Assembly: GCA_002269645.1 (NCBI GenBank)
Contig: NIVC01000459.1
Coordinates: 253,760 to 317,759, forward strand
Direction: 5' to 3'
DNA: 64,000 nt
Source of the DNA: Macrostomum lignano
Lineage: Eukaryota
In this document: in pieces, positions 51,891 to 64,000 of the stretch
Layout: each line of letters begins with the position of its first letter
How positions within the stretch are numbered: position 1 is the first letter of the stretch
The notes under the pieces: generated by a model
Told to the model about the DNA's origin: nothing
The model's database searches: none
The model's input: only the letters and a program-made list of their open reading frames with translations
Program-made: the position numbers and the translations under genes

Positions 51891-53132
51891 CGCTGATGCT
51901 ATATTCATATCTATATGCGTAGGGTCGAATGGTGTAAAACTTGTGAAAAGGGTTCATTATTATCCAATTCTTAATCAATTACTGCTTATTTTACTCTATT
52001 ATTGTGTATACGTTTGTGTAAGCTACATTATTGCTTTTTGTGTAGTACGAGCGTCACTATCATCAGTAAAATATGTCTTCAAATTTTTGTTAGAACAATA
52101 ATCTAGCGTAGAGGCATATTGCGCAGATTTTTTTACAAAAAAACAGAAAAAACCTTGAAATTCTCCGTACCTAATAATATGTTTATTTAATTATTTTGTT
52201 ATAATACTCCTAACTCAATTAGTTTCCTGCGTAATATGAGTTTCTGTTATAGTGGATTAGAAAGTGCAGCGATATTCTGTCACGGTTTCGTAAATGAAAA
52301 AGTGATAACCATGCATATAAATATACTATTCATGTAAAGCCATTTTATTGGGAAACTCAAACTTCATCTGTCAATGTGTGTGAAGGTTGCTTCGTAAATG
52401 AAATAAATTTTGTCAAATTTTGCAGTTAAATAGAAACATTAATCTACTAAAACATGTCATCAGAGAGAATTTACATCAGTTTTGCGTTCATTCTGTTTAA
52501 TCATCCACTTACAAATTTTATGAGTCTTGTGTCTGACGTAGACATAAATAATGGAACTGAATCTTTGTCATGAGTATGAACTTATGACTTGTCAGCACGG
52601 TAGCGATTAAGCCGTAATATAGTTAATTGTAGCTTAATTTGTTATAACGTAATTGCCACGTACTATTTTGAAGGCTCAAGCGATTGTAAGAAAATATACT
52701 AAATAAAAAATTTGTTAACTAATTACATGTTACTTTACGCTCGAATGGCTCTTGAGTTAACATTGCAATGCCAATCTGTTCTGTTTGAGAAAAAGTAACA
52801 CGACTGAAAAGCCACGAGCAGTCCACAATAGCCAGAAATCTATGCTGTATTGGTATAGTGTATAAAAGCACTGTGGACTAAAATATTCCGTAAAATGGCC
52901 GAATTCAACTGCTTAGGACTGAAGGCTTTATTGCCCTCAATGTTGTCTGTTTTGGTTAAGAATGTATGCTGCAAACAAGGGGCCAGTGAACTGCTCGCGA
53001 TTAAGATTCTAATAAAATATTATCTAAAGAATCGACAGGATTTGCAGCCAAATCGTTAGCAAAACAGCAGCTGACCAGCGGGACAACAACATAAAATCGC
53101 TGAAGCAAAGGGAAGAGACAAGGCCGTTTGGC

Positions 53133-56100
53133 TCAGCCGGTGAGCAGGTAGAAGCACCAGTAGCACAGGTTGAACAGGACGAACAGCGACGGGAAGGCCA
53201 GCCTGGAGTACTTGTCAATCTTGTTCACATCCTTGATGCGCGGCATTCGCGCCCGGATCTGCAACGCCCGCTGTCGTAGCTGCTGCCCGATGACCGCGGC
53301 AGCCGCTCGCTGGTGCTGATGCCGCCTGTCGAAGTCGCCCCCACCAAGGCTGCCAGCGGTTACGCGACGTTGGCGAAGGTAGCTGCGACCAACGCCTGCA
53401 ATGCCGCCGCCGACGCCTCCGCTGCCGCCGCTGCTGCCGCCGAGACCAGATCCACTGGCGCCCAGGTAGCAGCCCGGCCGGCTGATGTAGGGCACATGGG
53501 GACTCATCGGGTAGACGGGCACGGATGATGGAGGCGGCGGCTCCGGCTGCTGCTGCTGCTGCTGAGGGCACGACTGAATGCTGGTCTCCTCTTCTCGGCT
53601 TTCGTCTTCGCTTTGCTGCTGCTGCTGCTGCTGGTGCAGCTGCTGATTCAAGCGTCGAATTCGTAGGCCAATTATCGGCGACATGCGCTGATTGTTCAGA
53701 TCAACGCCCGAGTGCTGCAGAGAGGAGTTTGATGGAGACAATCAGAGAACAACTTAGCTGACAGGAAAAGTACTAAGGCATGCGGATGAGGTTACGTTAA
53801 GTTAAATCCTTCTTTAAAAGGTTTTAGAGCCCTAATTTTGACACTCATGGTGTTTTGGCTACGCACTAAAAAAGCTCTGTGTTCTGAAACCAGACAGATA
53901 AAGCCATATGAACGCCGATCTGGCTATACCAATAAGAAACACCGTTTCTAGGATCTAAAATGCTGCTTTAGGGTCAGCCAATCCGAGTCCGACTTTATTG
54001 GCTAAAAAAAGTTCTCTATACCCCATGTCAGCCAATCAGAACCCATCTCGTTGACTCAGACCTTCTTTTCTACTCCCTGTCAGCCAATCAGAGCCCAAAG
54101 CTTTGGTTTCGAAAATTCTACTCTACCCAGAAAAGTACGCAAGCCAATTATAATCCAACTAGTTAAGCTCTCAAATACTTCTAGCTCGTAAAATACTACT
54201 AAAACTAAGCCGGTTAAACAGAGAATTTTTTATCCCTAGCAGGAGGCCTCACCGAGTTGTCAATGAAGTCTCCAGAGCAGTTGCCTCGTGTGTTATTTCC
54301 GCTGCTGGCGTCTCTCAACCGTTTGGCCTTCCGCTTGGCCCTGGCGCCCCAATAAGTGTAATTCACCATGGCGTACTCCAGCAGAGCGGCGAACACAAAC
54401 ACAAAACACATCACCAGGTAAATGTCTATGGCTTTTACGTAGCTGATACGAGGCAGGGAGGAACGAACGCCTGTGCTGATTGTAGTCATGGTGAGAACGG
54501 TGGTGATGCCTGTAGTAATATAGTAACGGAGAAGCAGTTTATCGGTAAATTATAAAATGTAACGGCTGGGAACCCGAACTACGAGTAGTTTACCTTGATA
54601 TGAGTGCAGCTAAATAAAACATTTCCTGATATAATAAAGATTTTATCCGCGGTTTTTTTCTCTTACTTATTTCTGCCTAATTTCCAGGGCTATGTGCTCG
54701 ATTCGAATGCAGTTTTCGACGGATACAATTTACGTATGCTTCCTATTCGATGCATTCTACAAGAAATCCAAGCAGAAAACGCCCAGAACTACCGTCTCCA
54801 ATAGTGCTATACTGCTATACTACTACTGCCATGAGTAGCGATGCACGCGTACATACCGAGTGCTACGCGAGCCGAAGTTGCCTCGTGATTAATCCAGAAT
54901 GACACCCAGGACAGCATAACGATTAGAATGGACGGCAGGTACGTTTGGAATACAAAGAAGCCAACATTTCTGCGGAGTCTAAAGATGAGCGACAGTCGCT
55001 GATAGGAGCCTGTGGAAAATTGAAAATAAATTAAGTGAAATTTCGGAAAACTAGTGTAATAACAGACCTAAAAAAATATATGTAGAGCCTTCAGGCTTCA
55101 GCCAATAAAATAAGCAATGCGGAGTCGCAGCCCCTTACTCCCATTTTCTCTACCTCTCCGTGAGTGGCTTCAGCCAATCAGAATTAAGGTCGGGAATGTG
55201 GAGTCGTAGCCCCTCACCCCCAAATTTTCTACCCCTCCGTGAGTGGCTTCAGCCAATCAGAATTAAGGTCGGAAATGCGGAGTCGCAGCCCCTCACCCCC
55301 AAATTTTCAACCCCTCTGTGAGTGGCTTCAGCCAATCAGAATTAAGGTCGAGAATGCGGAGTCGTAGCCCCTCACCCCTGAATTCTCCTACCCTCGAACC
55401 AATAAAAATTTAAGGCGGATATTGAGTACACTAAGTGCATTTCAATCCAATTTAAATTAGCTCTACGTACAAAGTTAAAAAGCGATGCCTTACTTCGACT
55501 TTTTCATTAACTCGACTCTCTGCGGATGCCATTCGAAAAAAAGTTCAAACATTTACTCTTGGAAAGTTGTTTTTTGCTGATAACAGTAGCCAAAGATTTT
55601 CTAAAACTTTCTTTTATAGTTATCTGGCAGACAAGAAACGTTATCACGGCTCTGACAAATGAGCAAAGTACAGCTATTATATTTCTGCAACCTGTTTCTT
55701 CATCTGTAGGCCCCATTATTTCCTCTCTATCTTCATTTCTGAAGCACTGTTTATCGCCCTTGTTTGCCAGACGCATCAACACCGCGGGAAACTTTAATGC
55801 ACTAAACAGATATGGAAACGGGAGCTGAGGCGAAACATCGGAGAGAAAAAAGAAGCTCCCCTTGGAAAGGAAGCGTGTGATTCTGTCAGGTCTACGTGTT
55901 CGCGTTGGGCCGCCCGATTCAACAATTCTCTCTTTCAGTAGACTGACTGAAAGTGCCAAAATCCTGGGGGTGGGGGGGGAGGTCGCTCACGCGTCACTCA
56001 ACAGAGGGAATTGCAAGCCGGGATGGACACAGGAAGAGGTGGAGGGGGATTTCGGCCGGCCTGCCAGAATGGACTTGGAAACCCTCCGCGCATCGGAGGC

Positions 56101-59100
56101 CAGCAACAAGCAATTAGCGACCAGAAGCTCGAAGCCCAAAGGAATCTTAGATCCTCATGCCAGGCCCCCGTGAACTTGATGAAGCGTCAGAAGGGAAAGA
56201 GAGAAATGAGGGTAGAAAGCGAGACTTAGGGATTTCCAAGAAAAGAAAACAAGATTTCCAGAAGCCCCATAGCTGCAATCTGTTCTTGGATTCGATTGCA
56301 TTGCAAAGCTTCTTCTTTGAAAGTCAATTGGATGAGGGGAGCTTCTTGGAGAAGTCTTGAAGGGCATGCAGTTGATTGATAATTTTTCTGTTCTGTTTTT
56401 TATTGTCCAAAATCTCCGAGCGCGGCTGGGACAGTGGGTGCAAATCAATCTAAACCAATCACGCACGTAAGGCGTGCCATCGAAGAGGTTGGCACTCATG
56501 GGTGTGAATGTCACAACAACCCCGGTCTCAATTTTTCGTGCCGAGCCTCAAATTAATGGGGCTATACTCACGGAGTCGAACCAGGGGTCGAGTCAGACGC
56601 GTTTGGCGCTGAGCTGCTCTGCCTCACTGGGGTGGTTTTCATGGCAGTTGGGATTATTGCTGCAGAATCTGGGTAACTTTTGATATGAGTTTATCGTGCT
56701 GCGATTATCGGGGTGAGATGATCGGGGTGAGATTATTGGAGTGAGATGATCGGGGTGGCATTATCAGGGAGAGATTGTTAGAGTGAGATAATTGGGGTAA
56801 GATTAATTGGGTGAGATTAATGTGGGAGATTATTGGGGTGGTATTATCGGGTGAGATTGTTAGGATGAGATTATTGGGGTGAGATTATTGGGGAGAGATT
56901 ATTGGGGTGAGATTATTGGGTGAGATTATTGGGGTGGGATTATTGGGGTGAGATTATCAGGGTGAGATTTTCGTGGTGAAATTATCGGTGTGGGATTATT
57001 GGAGGAGATTATCGGGGTGAGATTATCGGGGATGAGATTATCGGGGTGTAATTATCGGGGTAAGATTATCGAGGTGAGATTAACGATTTGGGATAAATGG
57101 TGTGAAATTTTCTAGGTGAGATTATCGAGGTGAGATTATCGGGGTGAGATTGTCGGAGTGAGATTATCGGAGTGGCATTATCGGGGTGAGGTTATGGGGA
57201 TGAGTTTGTCCGAGTGGGATAATTATCTTAAATTAACGCGGGTTAAATTTATTGAGGTCAGATTCTTATAGTGGGAGATTATCGACCGGCAAATTATTAT
57301 TAATCAAAATTCTGTCGGTTGGTTCTCAGACAAATGAACACAATGGAACTTGCTTATGTACAGACATAGGGTAAATAATTAGCAAGTGACCACATACTCT
57401 AATTGGAGCGTCTCAAGTCGGCCCCTCACCCCTCAGACCACAGGTCACTCGCTTATCTGAGCAATTATCTACTGACTCTCCGACCTGTAGTAGCATCATA
57501 TCAGTGAAAGCGAGAGATGCATGTGTGCGGCCTTAATGATAATAGTATTTTTTAGCTTCTATCCCACTCCGCCGCCAGTCGCGGCCACCGCGCTGTTTCT
57601 CTCAGTGACGGAGGGAATCGGCACCGCAAGGACTGCGGCGGCGGTGGCGGGGTGAGAGAACAGCTAAAATGCGTCGCATTATCGGATTACAGAGCGGCGA
57701 GGACACAGGGGCCGGCTATAACATTATTGAATTGCCGTGTAGAGAGAGAGGGGGGGGGCAAGGGCGCAGCTTGTAAGAGCGGGTAGGCCAGGGCCGGGCA
57801 GATTAATATGCTTTAGTTGCCCGGAGGTGCTAGAAGTCTCGGCAGCTTCAGAAACTTTTCGGCGCAGCGGGATTTTCACTCCCTCCCCAGATATTCTTTT
57901 CCTTCAAGCCCGCTCAAGCTTTGTACTTTGAAGTGCCGAGTGTTTACACAGATATATCCCTGAGGCGGTGGTGCTGAGACATTGTGCCCTAGCTAGCCTC
58001 ATCTTGTTCCGAAATTCCATCACGTGCTCCGTAGCTGATTCTGTATAGCGCAGATATTAACTGAACTATGAGAATCCACCCTTTCATCTTTGTTTTCATT
58101 TATCCTATTGATTTAATCCCAGAATTTACGTCTGACTCTAAACCTAATTCTATTCTTGCCTATACGAGTGTATCCCAGATTCTATTCTTGATTCTATCCA
58201 CGAGTCTATCCCTGAGTCTATCCCGATTCTATCCTTGATTCTATCCACGAGTCTATCATTGAGTTTATTCTTGATTCTATCCCTGAGTCTATCCTTGAGT
58301 CTATCCCTGATTCTATCGTTGATTCTATCCCTGATTCTATCCTTGATTATATCCCCGATTCTATCCTTGATTCTATCCCTGATTCTATCCTTGATTCTAT
58401 CCCTGATTCTATCGTTGATTCTATCCCCGATTCTATGCTTGATTCTATCCCCGATTCTATCCTTGAGTCTATCCCCGATTCTATGCTTGATTCTATCCCC
58501 GATTCTATCCTTGATTCTATCCCCGATTCTATCGTTGATTCTATCCCTGATTCTATCCTTGATTCTATCCCCGATTCTATCCTTGATTCTATCCCCGATT
58601 CTATCCTTGATTCTATCCCTGATTCTATCCCTGAGTCTATCCCTGATTCTATCCTTGAGTTACTCCATTTATATTTTCGCTGAGTCAATTTATGATCATC
58701 GTCTTCAATTCGCCTCTTAAGAACTTGTGACAGAGTTTACACGTTGTCCTACGGGCAATGTTTTTCGGTGTCAGCGATTTCTTAGAAAATTCCCAAATCT
58801 CATTCGAGCAAGAGAGAAAAAAAAAAGTTTGAGTATTGGGTCTCTCAGTTCTCCGGAGACTGGCAATAAAATATGCTGCATCTTTCATTGGCACATTTCT
58901 GTCCCTGAGCACACCCTAATGGATCGATGTGCTGCAGTTGCACAGCGAGTCCACTTGCCCGGGACACATTCTCAGTTACTCAGTGTTGATATGCATGAAG
59001 CTAACAGATGGATATAAAGCTATCAAGATTCCCAGTCTCACCCACAGTCAGCCATGTTGACTTCTCTTCATACAGATCCCGCGTCCCCGGGCCCCATCAT

Positions 59101-62100
59101 ATTAGCTCATCGACCGGGCCTGTTGAGCACATGGCATGGAAATTGAGCCGCCCAAGTTCGGTGGCACGCCTTTGGCACCACCCCCCTCCCCCGCTCCCCA
59201 ACTCCGGGATTTTGGAGCGCTCGGTTTGAACAGCAATAAATCCTCCTTAGATTCGGCCAGCTCGCCCGAGCTCAACTAAACTCGCATAATCTTCTTCTTC
59301 TCTTTCTCTAAAGCCTCTCCAGCTCTTCCCTAGCTTATCCCCCGCAGCCGCATCCCATGGGTGCGGTAGGAGAGAAGTAGTATGATATAGGAACCGGCCG
59401 GAACACCGGACTAGGGACTTTGGATGGGGGGGGGGTGAAGAGAGCCTGGGCTTGGATGCTGGAAGCTGCATCTCTTATACGAGTTTTCCTCTTCTCTCTC
59501 TCTCACTTCCTAGCCGGACTCACTGCCGGGTATCCAAGCTAAAGCCCCACTGCCCTCTCTCCTCCCCCCTCTCTCTCTCGTGGCGCTCTTCCCAAACTGT
59601 CAGGGTAGCCAATGAAGCTGTCTGTTTTTTCTCCCCTTCTCCCTTTTTTGAGTCCAACAGCCTACATTTTATAGTATCTAAAAAAGCTCATTTATTTTTT
59701 TGGGCCCTGATCCGGATTGAGCTTCGTGAAACACGGCCAAAGCGGGTCGGTCTTGTCTGTCCGTCTGTCTCTCTGATCAAATGCTAATTAAGTTAACTTG
59801 TAACTTGGTTTCCATCGCTCCCTCAAGAATTGAACTTCGGTTTCAAATTATCATATACTTAGTCTCCTACATCAGGGGTCGGCAAAATCCGGCCCGCGAA
59901 GCCTCTCTATCCGGCCCTCGGGTCCTTTGAAACTTCACAATACCAATCCGGCCCGCTCATGGTTTGTGTCTCTTCACAGGTTTCCTCTTTTTTATCCTCT
60001 CTCCTCTCTTTTCTCCCCTCCTCTCCTGTCCCTTCTCTTCTCTTCTTCTCTCCTCTCTCCTATTCTATTTCATTATCTCTCTTCTCGTCTCCTTCATTTT
60101 TTTCTCATCTCTCTTCTCTCTTCTCTATTCCCTCTCCTGAGAGAGAGAGATAGATGAGAGAGTGAATGAACCAGCACAGGTCAAACATTAACAGGAGAAC
60201 TGTTACGTCAGGATCAGAGCACTCTCTCACTCCCAACCACTCGATTGTAAACTTTGTGACAAGGTTGAGCAAATAGCACAGATTATTAGATGTACTCATA
60301 TGTATTTCATCAGACCGACAAAAATCCTACTTAAAAGGCAAACTTGCATTGCATTAAACGTTAATTTTTACGCTTGACCCAGAGGCTTGAAACCGGTAAG
60401 CCTAAGATTTTAGAGCTCAAATTAGAACTCAATGCGCCTTGACCTCTCCTCTCCCCTTCTCTGGTCCGAAGTCACGCGCTAGGTTCTCTACCTGGCCTTT
60501 GAGGTAAAAAGTTTGCCCATTCCTTTTTCTAGATCCCTGTTCTAGGTGGGTGTAGATCCCTGGTCTAGATCCCTGTTCTAGATTCCTGTTCTAGATCCCT
60601 GTCCTATACGAGCCAGTTCAACCAGTGCATTGTGGATTAAAATTCGACGCACCTGTCGACAATGATATGGTGGTTGTGCTAACTTCAAAATGTTCCAGCG
60701 TGAACTGAGGCATTTTCACGCGATCAGCACCGTCGACTGCCGATTGACCGTTTTTCCATTGCATTGTCACGTCTTCCGTTGGGTAGCCATCTAGGGTGAG
60801 ATAGGTGGTGGAGTGAGGTGGATGTCGGGTGCTGAAGTGAGGTAACGATTGAACAGACATCCTTATAGATTAAACAAGCACGTCTGTCGCAGCTTACAGC
60901 TTTCAATCTCAACGGTGCAGTTCTGTACATCCAGTGGGTAATAGTGCAAGTCCATCATGCAAGCCAAGGTGGTGGTGAACCTGCAATTGGGTACGTATAA
61001 ACTGGAAATGATTAGGTGCTAGTCTGCTTGATTTTTTATTGCTATACTATACCATCTATAGCTCACTTCCTTTTCAGCTGCGCCCACCTCACTCCCTGCC
61101 CCGCTACACCCACCTCACTCCCTGCCCCGCTACACCCACCTCACTCCCTGCCCCGCTACACCCACCTCACTCCCTGCCCCGCTACACCCACCTCACTCCC
61201 TGCCCCGCTACACCCACCTCACTCCCTGCCCCAGTGCACCCACCTCACTCCTTGCCCCACTGCATCCACCTCAATCACTGCTCCGCTATGCCCAATCCCA
61301 CACCCCAGTCCCAAAACCGTGCTGACCGCATTCCGTAGATGATTCTCCCGTCGCCATACAGCCGCACCATCTTGTTCTGCTCGGTGACGTCGTGCAAAAA
61401 TGAATGCTTGTCGTTCGCAATGAAAGTATCTGGCACCCAGATCTTGCTGGCAAATTCTCCGGTTAAAGTCATTGATTTATTTGCATTACGAATGTCAAAT
61501 GCTAGCCTGTTGTCTGTCCAGTACTGGTTCAAGTACATTGTGATAGTATAGTCCTGAGAAATTGAAAAAAAGGCAATCAACTTAATAACTCAGACTCATA
61601 AATCATTATTCTCGCTAAACCATTAATCACAGGATTTTATTATTAAAGCTTAAAATATTTGAGAGGTACATAAGCAGCCCATTCATTGAGCGCTTTGACA
61701 CATCCCCCCCCCGGTAGCTTTTTGGGCAATCCGTCAATCACAGTGAGTCACAATGTCTGTTAGGATGGTTTAATAGAAAATCAGGCTCTTATATGTAATC
61801 AAATTTTCAGATGAGAGAAAGGTTGCGGCTCCTTTGATGTCTCTCGACTTGGACGGACCTTCACTTAAGCTCTTAGACTATAGACGATCAAATAACTAGC
61901 GATAGCGGTGCAGCTTCATCACGCGTCTCGATGCCACAGAGCGGTTGAGTACATCGCACTCTTGTTCCAAGAGTCCTAGGCTCAATTCTGTGTATGCTCA
62001 CAATACTAGTACCAACGTACTAAATTAAAAAAAATTTAGTCAGATAAGCTAGGAGCTAACATATTGTATAGATTAAATAAGAAATTCATTTTCTACAATA

Positions 62101-62561
62101 ATTACGTTCCATAATTGTTTGAAAATTATTTACGATACACATCTTTAACAACGGATTCTGCACTACAGTGCCTAGCTATGAGCATCTTCTTTCCTTTCTC
62201 TCCACTTGGAAGAAATCCGAGCAGTTAAAAAGTACATGCATCTATATCTCTATACCCAGCAGACAGAGTTGTAGCTTTTCTAGACAGAGTTCGGAATTGC
62301 TAAGTGCAGCGGGCCGCAGATGAGACTCATTAGATTCGAAATTGAGCTCAATGTAGCGCCGGCCAGGGCTGATATTCCTACTCAGACTCCGACAGAGACA
62401 TCGGTGCAATGAGGTGTGGAAAATGGTTCCGGACTACCGAACTGCACCGCATGACAGACAGACTCTGAGAGAGACAGTGGTAAAGACAGGCACTGACAGA
62501 CAGGCATTGGGAGGGATAGAAAGTCACAGACAGACAGACAGACAGACACACAGACAGACAC

Positions 62562-62640
<79 letters not shown>

Positions 62641-62641
62641 C

Positions 62642-62736
<95 letters not shown>

Positions 62737-62773
62737 CACAGACAGACAGACAGACAGACACACAGACAGACAC

Positions 62774-62839
<66 letters not shown>

Positions 62840-63464
62840 TGACACTGCCGGACAGAAAGACATGAAACCATGGGAAAGAAGAATGTAAGCAGATGGAGAC
62901 AAAAGACGAAGAGCGGAGATCAGGAGAGGAGATAGAAGACAATGCTAGACTGAAAGTCAGTCAGTAAGACAGACAGGGGCTGAATGAAAACAATATGCAG
63001 AATGCAATATAATTTCCAGTTAACCAGCAGTGCATTGCGGTCCTGTAGTCTTATTTACATTTCGTGCCGATGCAGGAAGAAAAATCTGCTAGAGTTTACA
63101 GATCCGGCACTGATTCCAATCAGCCTTTTTCTGCTAGAAACTGACTGTAACACCCAGTTGAACTTTTCTGTTGCATTTTATTTATAACCGATTTTCCTTG
63201 AGAAGGTTTCTTATGCACCAATTTATTGTCGGCATGACCTCAAGCGAAGACGGGGTCATGCGCTTGTGCGGACTTTGAGAAAAAGACTAAATCTGTGCAA
63301 TGCTATTTTTCTCCTAAAAATCCATAGAAAATCGACTAGAGGCACGCCGGGGACTGAATGTGATTTGGCGGAAGAGTTCCGGCAACATTTTCTCACCATG
63401 TTAACCTCCGATATGCTGTCGAAACTTGCTATGACCACTTCCATGCCAATGTCCAGCACCTTGG
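53133..63464 (-). CDS. Lcch3: GABA-gated chloride channel beta-like subunit (Cys-loop), 5'-partial; exons 63464-63397, 61553-61327, 60980-60898, 60790-60653, 55009-54857, 54509-54253, 53714-53133
   Basis: [23 protein letters not shown]...[20 protein letters not shown]; Cys-loop [15 protein letters not shown]; M2 [19 protein letters not shown]; M4 [14 protein letters not shown]. All introns are GT-AG and in phase. The first exons lie beyond the window. Confidence 0.92.
55090..55400. repeat. ~79-bp tandem repeat (about 4 copies, contains GGCTTCAGCCAATCAG) in the GABA receptor intron
   Basis: Motif recurs at 55094, 55166, 55245 and 55324. Confidence 0.85.
56705..57290. repeat. Degenerate ~13-14-bp minisatellite (GGGGTGAGATTATC)n
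   Basis: Direct tandem repetition. Confidence 0.85.
58150..58660. repeat. 12-bp minisatellite (GATTCTATCCCT/GATTCTATCCTT)n
   Basis: Direct tandem repetition. Confidence 0.92.
59873..59960 (+). mobile_element. hAT-Charlie-like terminal fragment
   Basis: CAGGGGTCGGCAAAATCCGGCCCGCG resembles Charlie-type termini; the matching other end was not seen. Confidence 0.4.
61082..61260. repeat. 26-bp minisatellite (CCCACCTCACTCCCTGCCCCGCTACA)n filling a GABA receptor intron
   Basis: About 6-7 units between the exons at 61327 and 60980. Confidence 0.9.
62525..62845. repeat. (GACA)n microsatellite
   Basis: Tetranucleotide run. Confidence 0.97.
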
Positions 63465-63539
63465 CTGAAAATTTGAGAAGCAGCGAACAAGTTAATTGCT
63501 TGAGAGGGCCGAAAAGAGGGGAGGAGAGGGAAATGTGAG

Positions 63540-63650
63540 GGAGGAAAGAGAAAATGGAGGAAGGAGACTAGGAGAGAGAAGAGAGGAAGGAGACTAGGCG
63601 AGAGAGAAGAGGAAGGAGACTAGGAGAGAGATGAGAGGAAGGAGAATAGA

Positions 63651-63712
<62 letters not shown>

Positions 63713-63840
63713 GGAGATTAGGAGAGAGAGAGAAGAGGGAAGGAGACTAGGAGAGAGAGAATAGAGGAAGGAGACTAGGAGAAAGGGCAGAAAAGAGAGG
63801 GAAAACTGGAGAAGAGAGGGGGTTAGAAAGGAGAGGAGAA
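63540..63840. repeat. GA-rich low-complexity tract
   Basis: Purine-rich repeats with a (GA)n core. Confidence 0.88.
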
Positions 63841-64000
63841 TAGGTCGCTGAGACAGGGCAGGTTAGATGTTATACAATACGAAATTGATTGAATCCTGCT
63901 CACAGATTTGGGGATAATCACTTCGGAAAGTGTGACTGAAGACTCAATTCAATAAACGAAGACAGTAATTAGAGTTCTTGAGCGAAATAACCCCATTAAA

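Noticed and set aside
55507-56690. Cluster of medium ORFs inside the large GABA receptor intron (possible nested gene or transposase)
   Set aside because: Short overlapping ORFs on both strands with no recognisable motif or splice pattern; probably a decayed repeat.

Overview
Eukaryotic (metazoan) genomic DNA. GC-rich exons sit between AT-rich spacers, and there is an extreme load of private minisatellites, mostly inside introns. This style is reminiscent of the free-living flatworm Macrostomum (inference only). Gene models were reconstructed by hand from GT-AG splice sites and phase continuity. They are: partial exons of an unknown minus-strand gene (782-1184); an orphan 2-exon gene (+, 2914-5222); a LIV-1/ZIP zinc transporter (+, 8993-12954); a 7-exon CD39/GDA1-family NTPDase carrying an unexpected N-terminal ubiquitin-like domain (-, 14780-19258); a frameshifted LicD-family nucleotidyltransferase (-); PABPN1 (-); an orphan low-complexity gene (-); intronless cofilin/ADF (-); a disrupted DEG/ENaC channel gene (+); and the 3' seven exons of an Lcch3-like GABA-A receptor beta subunit (-). 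The transposon cluster at 43.2-50.5 kb holds a 3.9-kb foldback element with 9-bp TSDs whose arms carry 178-bp tandem repeats, nested Mutator-like MITEs, and a hAT MITE with an 8-bp TSD inserted in the DEG/ENaC ORF. The most notable observations are the Ubl-NTPDase fusion, an intronic array made of GT...AG mini-intron units, and the satellite-bearing foldback element.
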